DNA of 32,328 nucleotides from an uncultured Methanosarcinales archaeon (GTDB lineage Archaea; Nanobdellota; Nanobdellia; Woesearchaeales; GW2011-AR9): NCBI GenBank assembly GCA_964344235.1, contig CAYFMJ010000009.1, positions 1 to 32,328 of the forward strand, read 5' to 3'. Shown piece by piece: positions 26,449 to 32,328 of this stretch (position 1 is its first letter; each line of letters starts with the position of its first letter). The notes under the pieces were generated by a model. It saw only the letters and a program-made list of their open reading frames with translations, ran no database searches and was not told where the DNA came from. The position numbers and the translations under genes were made by a program.

Positions 26449-27717
26449 TTATGGATACGCTCTTGTCATTGTTCTTGGGAAAGGGATTGTATCTCGTATA
26501 TGGTCCAAGTTACAAATCCACCGTAATAAACGCTCTACTCCAAAACCGAAACCGGAGTGAGGAACACTTCCATACCTACGGAGATCAAGATACCACCCAT
26601 AATCTTTTGGATCAAATCCTTCTTCCTCAATTCTTTCTATAATGACTCCTAAGTCTTCCTCTCTCTGTCCCCCTGTGCTAATCTCTCCAAATCCTCTTGG
26701 TGCAATCATGTCGGCAGAGAGAACCATGGTTTCATCATCTGGATCAATTTTAGTATAAAATGGCTTAATAACTTTGGGGCATCCATAGATGATTACGGAT
26801 TTTCCAGAATCTAGAGTTAACACTCTCTCCTCTTCTGTTCCTAAATCATCACCAAAATCGATTGGTAGCCCCTTGGATTGTAGGAAAGTGATAACATCTC
26901 TATACGGCATTCGTGGGAAAGGTGGAATGACATCCTCAAGAACCGCCGGGTCTTGGCCAATGGCTTCCAGTTCTCTGTATCTTTGATCAACAACAGTTTG
27001 TACAACGTGTGAAATAAGTTGTTCTTCAACCTCAAGAATAGAATCGAAGTCCGTCCATGCTGCTTCTCCCTCAAGATGCCAATACTCTGCTAGGTGTCTT
27101 GGTGTCTTAGACTTTTCTGCACGAAATGAAGGGGTTAGAGACCATACTTTCTCTAGCGCATAAACCATCGATTCTAGATACAACTGCGCACTTTGTGAAA
27201 GAAAAGCTGTATCTCCAAAATAACCCACCTCAAATAATGTAGACCCACCCTCGCACGCACTCTTATTTAAAATTGGGGGACTAACTTCATACCATCCTTG
27301 GTCATCAACCTAAGTTCTCGAAGCTCTTAAGAGAGTATGGCGAATCTTGGCGATATTCTGCATCTTGCGTGAGCGGTTCCAGAGGTGCCTGTTGTTATTT
27401 AAGTGCTCTGTAGAAAAGTCTCTTCGAATTGGATAATCCTCAGCTTGACCCACTAAGTTATAATTATCAACCCTAACCTCATACCCTCCTGGAGACCGTG
27501 GGTCTTCATGTAGTGTTCCAGACAATTCAATTGAAGATTCAATTGTAATATTATCATGTTCGGGAACTCTTGGCATTATACACTGAATAACTCCTGTGGA
27601 GTCCCGCAACTGAAGAAATGTATATCTTTTTTGCTTTCGTAATCTATGAACCCACCCTCTTAGGTTAACAGAAGATTGTTCCCCTGAAAAACACGATTCT
27701 ACAGATTGATAGTCCAT
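26449..27717 (-). pseudogene. asnS: Asparagine--tRNA ligase interrupted by one in-frame TAG (27310-27312)
   Basis: The two track ORFs share a frame: ...IRHTLLRASRT*VDDQGWYEVSPPILNKSACEGGSTLFEVGYFGDTAFLSQSAQLYLE. OB fold (RGWVHRLR, FLQLRDSTG), FRAEKSKTPRHLAEYWHLE, and RRYGSVPHSGFGFGVERL motifs are all intact. Confidence 0.75.
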
Positions 27718-27874
27718 GTTGTTATCCCTCCCAAGTAAAAATATTTAAACATTTGTTATATGTTGTATAGTTTATTGGTTATCAAATTTTTTTAAGTAAA
27801 GGTATTTCTTAAATATATTCCTTTTCACAAGGAAAATGCCAAAGTTTATAAAAATACTTTTTCTACACAATTAA

Positions 27875-27994
27875 CCCATTTCGGGCGGCATAGCCAAGCC
27901 GTAAGGCATCTTGTCTCAACGACCGTGTTACGCACCACGTGCAAAACGGACCCGGGGAGAACACTTTGATACAGAGCTCCCCGTCTGGAATGGG
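27875..27994 (+). ncRNA. Unidentified structured RNA candidate (120 nt)
   Basis: GC-rich island with a 14-bp terminal helix (27875-27888/27981-27994, three G-U pairs), three internal hairpins, TTTATAAA at 27845-27852 and a T-run after the 3' end. Confidence 0.5.
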
Positions 27995-27997
27995 CTT

Positions 27998-28336
27998 TTA
28001 AAACTCACCTAACCTCTTATTCTTTCTTTTGGGTCCATCCCACTTCACACCATTCCTGTAAATCTCTGGCTTCTTCAACACCACTCCCCGTGACTTCTCC
28101 CTCACCACTCTACCACTCAAGTGATGCATTAATTCAGAAATAATTCTACCCGCATCACCTTCAGGAAAAATATTCACTTCCAAAATGGTCTTCAACTCCT
28201 CGCCGACAGAACTAACAGTAAATTGTAATTCTTTCCTTCTAACATGCCGATACAACTTCTCCGTAAATAGTGCAGTATTCTTCGGATCCCATTGCAGAAT
28301 GATTGTTATGCTTCTCACAACTACTCTAGAGTGCAC
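27998..28336 (-). CDS. Hypothetical protein
   Basis: 112-aa ORF 13 nt downstream of the pseudouridine synthase on the same strand; no motif recognised. Confidence 0.6.
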   Translation of the reverse strand: MHSRVVVRSITIILQWDPKNTALFTEKLYRHVRRKELQFTVSSVGEELKTILEVNIFPEGDAGRIISELMHHLSGRVVREKSRGVVLKKPEIYRNGVKWDGPKRKNKRLGEF

Positions 28337-28349
28337 ATGTATTTAAACT

Positions 28350-29042
28350 TTATTTGAGAAAAATCATCTTCCGCTCCTTCTCACCTAACTTCCGAAACTT
28401 TCCTTCGCGCAAACCACCCAACTGCAACTTTCCAACAGCCACTCTTTGTAATCGTTTCACATCAGATCCTAACGCTTTGAACATTCTTCGAACAATTCTA
28501 TTCTTCCCTTCATGAATCGTTACTTCCAGAACATTCTCGTTAATCACTCTAACTGCAGCCGGCCGGGTTTTCCCATCCTCCAACGAAACTCCTTTCTTCA
28601 ACATACTCACCAACCCTTTCTCAACGGGTGTATCAACCTCAACCAGATATGTTTTCTTTATTTCATACCGGGGATGCATTATTGTATTTGCAAAGTCACC
28701 ATCATTCGTTAATAATAATAAACCAGTTGTGTTATAATCCAATCTTCCAATTGGAAATACCCTCTCTCTAACATCAACATACTCCATCACCGTCTTGTAA
28801 CGAGCATCCTTAACTGCAGTAACACATCCGTGTGGTTTGTGTAACATCAAATACACTCGTTTCTCTTTCGAAACAACTTTTTTATCCACAAAAATAACAT
28901 CTTTCTCACTCGCTTTATCGCCAAGCGAAACTTTCTTTCCATTAACAGTCACTCTTCCTTCCTCAATTAACTGTTCAGCCTTTCGTCTAGAACAATAGCC
29001 GTAATTACTCAATAATTTCTGAACTCTATGCATATTGCTCAT
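28350..29042 (-). CDS. rRNA pseudouridine synthase, RsuA/RluB family
   Basis: S4 domain (RVQKLL...CSRRKAEQLIEEGRVTVNG), HKPHG, GRLDYNTTGLLLLTNDG, IHEGKNRIVRRM. Confidence 0.93.
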   Translation of the reverse strand: MSNMHRVQKLLSNYGYCSRRKAEQLIEEGRVTVNGKKVSLGDKASEKDVIFVDKKVVSKEKRVYLMLHKPHGCVTAVKDARYKTVMEYVDVRERVFPIGRLDYNTTGLLLLTNDGDFANTIMHPRYEIKKTYLVEVDTPVEKGLVSMLKKGVSLEDGKTRPAAVRVINENVLEVTIHEGKNRIVRRMFKALGSDVKRLQRVAVGKLQLGGLREGKFRKLGEKERKMIFLK

Positions 29043-29085
29043 TTTTAACTAATAGTTTATAAAATAATGGTTGTAAAACAAATCC

Positions 29086-30090
29086 ATGGTTCAAACCATA
29101 ACAATCAAAGAAGCACTTAACAAACCTAACGCCATTCTCATAGATACCAGAACCCCTAAAGAGTTTGCAGAAGACCACATCCCCAACGCCATTAACCTCC
29201 CAATTCTAAGCAACGATGAACGGGCTATTGTAGGAACAATCTATAAACAACAGTCTAAGGAAGAAGCTATCGAAAAGGGCGTAGCACTCTTCTCCAAACG
29301 CCTGCCAGATTTTATGAAAACAATATCTCAATACAAAGATACAACAATCATTGTTAACTGTTGGCGTGGTGGGATGCGAAGTAAAACCGTTGTTGCATTG
29401 CTTGATTCTTTAGGGTATACGGTCCTCCAACTAGTTGGTGGGTATAAATCATATCGTCATTACGTAAAAGAAACATTATACAACTTCCAACTAAATTCTC
29501 AACTGATCGTTCTCTGCGGATTAACATGTACTGGGAAAACAGAATTATTACAACAACTTCCTAACTCTATCGATTTGGAAGGCCTTGCACAACACCGAAG
29601 TAGTATTTATGGAGCAGTTGGTTTACAGCCGAGGTCACAGAAACGCTTTGAATCCCTTTTACTACTCAAACTACAAAAACTACAAAATGAAAAAACAATA
29701 TTCATTGAAGGGGAATCAAGACGAATCGGCGATTTAATGATCCCCGAGTTTTTATGGAAGAAGATGCGTGCAGGAATATTTGTTAAAATCACCCGCTCCC
29801 TCGCTAATCGCACCGACGCCGCAGTCAAAGAATACATGGATTCAGAAGAAAAAATCAACCAAACAGTTGCAATCACAAAAACGTTAAACAAAGTTATCAG
29901 CAAGAAACGTAAAGAAGAGATAATTGCACTCTTAGAACAGAAACAATATCATAATGCAATTACTATCCTCTTAACAGATTATTACGATCCTTTATACTCA
30001 CATACATTAAAAGACATACAATTCAACACTGAAATAAACAACGATAATCTCAAGGAAACACTAAAGCTTCTCCAAGAACGCTTCCAATAA
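29086..30090 (+). CDS. mnmH: tRNA 2-selenouridine synthase (rhodanese plus P-loop)
   Basis: IDTRTPKEF..DHIPNAINLP, CWRGGMRS, GGYKSYR, GLTCTGKT, DLEGLAQHRSS, EGESRRIG, YYDPLY. Confidence 0.92.
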   Translation: MVQTITIKEALNKPNAILIDTRTPKEFAEDHIPNAINLPILSNDERAIVGTIYKQQSKEEAIEKGVALFSKRLPDFMKTISQYKDTTIIVNCWRGGMRSKTVVALLDSLGYTVLQLVGGYKSYRHYVKETLYNFQLNSQLIVLCGLTCTGKTELLQQLPNSIDLEGLAQHRSSIYGAVGLQPRSQKRFESLLLLKLQKLQNEKTIFIEGESRRIGDLMIPEFLWKKMRAGIFVKITRSLANRTDAAVKEYMDSEEKINQTVAITKTLNKVISKKRKEEIIALLEQKQYHNAITILLTDYYDPLYSHTLKDIQFNTEINNDNLKETLKLLQERFQ

Positions 30091-31008
30091 TTTCTTAATC
30101 TCAGCAACACTCTTCACTTCTAACAACTTCCCACGCAACTCTTTACTTCCCTTACACCCCTTGGTAAAATTCATCGCTTGCATTCGGATATTACTTAATT
30201 TGATCTTGTACTTTTCCGCATACTCCATGTAATCAAAGAACTTCCTTACTCTTCTCCTATCAGAAACTCCACCATAATTTCCCGTCCTCAAATAATTATT
30301 GATCTGTGCAAACAAAAACGGATTCCGTGCAGCTCCTCTCCCAATCATCACATAATCACAACCAGTTTCATCTAACATTCTCTTTGCATCCTCCGGCGTT
30401 TCTATGTCGCCATTCCCACAGACTGGAATCTTCACATGCTCTTTCAACTTTTTAATCAACGACCAATCTGATTTGCCACTATAACCCTGCTTCACAGTTC
30501 TGGGATGTAACGTGATCATACTCAACCCTTCCTCTTCCGCTATTTTCCCAATCTCTAAATACCTGTCTGGCTTTGCAACCCCACTTCGAATTTTCACCGT
30601 TACCGGCTTCGTCGTATTTCTTATTAACACACGAAAAATCTTCCGCACTAATTCCGGTTCTGTAAGCAAAGCAGAACAGGCCATTGTCTTCGTGATATGT
30701 GGGGCAGGACACCCCATGTTATAATCAATAATATCAAAATGTTCGTCCACTATTCGAACCGCTTTCGCTAACTCGTCTAAATCAGAACCCCACACTTGAC
30801 ATGATAATGGCCTTTCTTTTTCATCAAACTCAATAAACTCAGTAATCTTCCCTCGTTCTTTCTTTGCGACGATCGCATGGATGTTAATAAACTCCGTTAC
30901 CACTAACCCTGCACCTAATTCCCGACACACCAAACGCAGCGCTGGATCCGAAACTCCCGCCATTGGTGCGAGAAACGCTTTTGATGTAAATTGTGGTAAT
31001 GTTCTCAT
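30061..31008 (-). CDS. dusB: tRNA-dihydrouridine synthase (DusB-like)
   Basis: LAPMAGVSD, NMGCPAP, VTVKIRSG, LHPRT, GNGDI, VMIGRGA. Confidence 0.92.
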   Translation of the reverse strand: MRTLPQFTSKAFLAPMAGVSDPALRLVCRELGAGLVVTEFINIHAIVAKKERGKITEFIEFDEKERPLSCQVWGSDLDELAKAVRIVDEHFDIIDYNMGCPAPHITKTMACSALLTEPELVRKIFRVLIRNTTKPVTVKIRSGVAKPDRYLEIGKIAEEEGLSMITLHPRTVKQGYSGKSDWSLIKKLKEHVKIPVCGNGDIETPEDAKRMLDETGCDYVMIGRGAARNPFLFAQINNYLRTGNYGGVSDRRRVRKFFDYMEYAEKYKIKLSNIRMQAMNFTKGCKGSKELRGKLLEVKSVAEIKKLLEAFLEKL

Positions 31009-31081
31009 ACACTTTATTTTTTTACTTTTTTTATAAAACTATCAAAGAAACAATTAAATACCTCAGAAATATAACAAATAC

Positions 31082-31723
31082 ATGCTTGTCAAACAGCACT
31101 TAATCGACTTCTGGAGAGATAAAAATATTGTGAGCAATGAGAATATTTTCCATGCTTTTCAAAACATTCCCAGAGAACATTTTCTCCCTTCTCCACTAAA
31201 ACAATTTGCGTACCACGACCACCCTTTACCCACGATGCGTGATCAATCTATTTCTCAACCAACTACGATTATGATTATGTTACAAGCACTCGACCCACAA
31301 CCTGGCCATTCCGTCTTTGAAGTCGGTGCAGGGGTTGGCTACCAAGCAGCTTTGTTGAGTCATATTGTGGGAAATTCTGGTAAAGTTATCACCACTGACA
31401 TTCTTCCTGAATTGATTCACACAACGAGACAAAACCTACAAACAATTAACAGAACTAACGTCAAAGTATTAGAATCTGATGGCGCTGCCGGTTATGAAGA
31501 CGCAGCCCCCTATGACAGGGTCATCATCACCTGCGCTTGTTCTTCCATCCCGCAACCATTAATTGACCAACTGAAAGATGGGGGTATTATCGTTGCTCCT
31601 GTTGGTGACTTAGAGCAACAAACGATGGTGAAAGGCACTAAACGTGGTTTCACATTAGATTTAGAATTTCTTGGAGACTTTCGATTTGTTCCCATGCGGG
31701 GGAAGTACGGATTTAAAGATTAG
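31082..31723 (+). CDS. pcm: Protein-L-isoaspartate O-methyltransferase
   Basis: IPREHF, QSISQP, EVGAGVGYQAALL, GY..AAPYDRVIIT, QLKDGGIIVAPVG, FVPM. Confidence 0.93.
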   Translation: MLVKQHLIDFWRDKNIVSNENIFHAFQNIPREHFLPSPLKQFAYHDHPLPTMRDQSISQPTTIMIMLQALDPQPGHSVFEVGAGVGYQAALLSHIVGNSGKVITTDILPELIHTTRQNLQTINRTNVKVLESDGAAGYEDAAPYDRVIITCACSSIPQPLIDQLKDGGIIVAPVGDLEQQTMVKGTKRGFTLDLEFLGDFRFVPMRGKYGFKD

Positions 31724-32161
31724 AAGAAGCCATTAACCATTTCAACAAGTCTTGAGAACGGACCAGGTCTTCGTGGTACTACTTTTTTCTCAGCACGCTC
31801 TGGGGTTGGCCGCCATATAAGGTAACGGCGTGTTGCATCAATTTCCCAAGTATAGTGCGTTTTTGTATCCTCATTACAAATTGCCTTTGGCGTTAGAGTC
31901 CCCTCATGGAAATCTCCATGCATAGAGATGTGTGCCCCTTCATGAAAACCATTATCAGGAACATAAGCATTTAAATGTAATAACATACCTCTCTTGACCA
32001 TTTGGGTCGGGCTGATCAGCGAGTACATGGATCTCTCTAACATAACTTGCATCATCTCCTAGAACAACTCTCGTAATAAACCCATCAATAATTCTACCTG
32101 GGTTTGTGAGCCTAGTATTACTAAAATCTATGTACGAATGTGTTAATCCTCTGCTATCCAT
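31720..32161 (-). pseudogene. Probable single frameshifted hypothetical gene (track ORFs 31955-32161 and 31720-32055)
   Basis: Removing one A from ACATTTAAATGCT joins ...RYVITF to NAYVPDNGFHEG... (442 nt = 147 codons + 1). A TATA box at ~32183-32190 precedes ATG 32161. Confidence 0.45.
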
Positions 32162-32328
32162 ACGATAAAAATAGGAAGACCCTTTATAAATTTATCCCTA
32201 ACAAGTAATGACTAAACTCTCTCCGCTCTTCCTAACACATCCATCAACAAAGAATACGTAAATCTGTCTAAATCTGTAGTATCCCGTTTTAACTACACAG
32301 TACATTAACCACTTTGGTGGTTATAATG

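Noticed and set aside
26449-27717. Genome-wide TAG reassignment
   Set aside because: Several well-supported genes in the window end at TAG at expected lengths, some directly abutting neighbouring genes.
27884-27960. Canonical tRNA-Cys gene
   Set aside because: The 5' arm and GCAAA resemble it, but there is no T-loop consensus, no complementary acceptor strand, and no clear bulge-helix-bulge intron boundaries.
1-32328. Additional VR copies in the window
   Set aside because: GCCCGTCTCGTCGG and CGGTCTGTGGTT were seen only in VR and TR. This was a manual scan, so a diverged copy could be missed.
32200-32328. Possible gene fragment at the window end
   Set aside because: Only short open stretches with no motif; not supportable.

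Overview
Archaeal accessory region, most likely DPANN (Woesearchaeota/Pacearchaeota-like). This placement is inferred from TATA boxes about 25-30 nt before starts, GGTGA ribosome sites, and TrmB, Lrp and HTH_10 regulators. The centrepiece is a diversity-generating retroelement (DGR) on the + strand at 7211-10156. It has a target gene with an internal variable region (VR 7798-7888) followed by a GGA-loop hairpin, a template region (TR 8281-8371; 15 of 16 TR/VR mismatches fall on TR adenines), and a reverse transcriptase. The cassette has no avd gene, the RT carries a RecQ-type HTH_40-like C-terminal fusion, and the TR is bracketed by two nested 9-bp long-range helices. The DGR lies in reverse orientation inside a minimal type IV secretion-like cluster (C5 methyltransferase, VirB2-like pilin, VirB6-like protein, then PrgI-VirB4 with a PD-(D/E)xK tail). 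Elsewhere: a PIN module bracketed by imperfect inverted repeats; a Fic gene bounded by 13-bp inverted and 22-bp direct repeats, apparently inserted into a ~140-nt repeat element; regulator/enzyme modules; an asnS gene with one in-frame TAG, coupled to an AsnRS-like paralog and an amidohydrolase; a 120-nt structured RNA candidate; and RNA-modification genes. All calls are by eye, without database searches.
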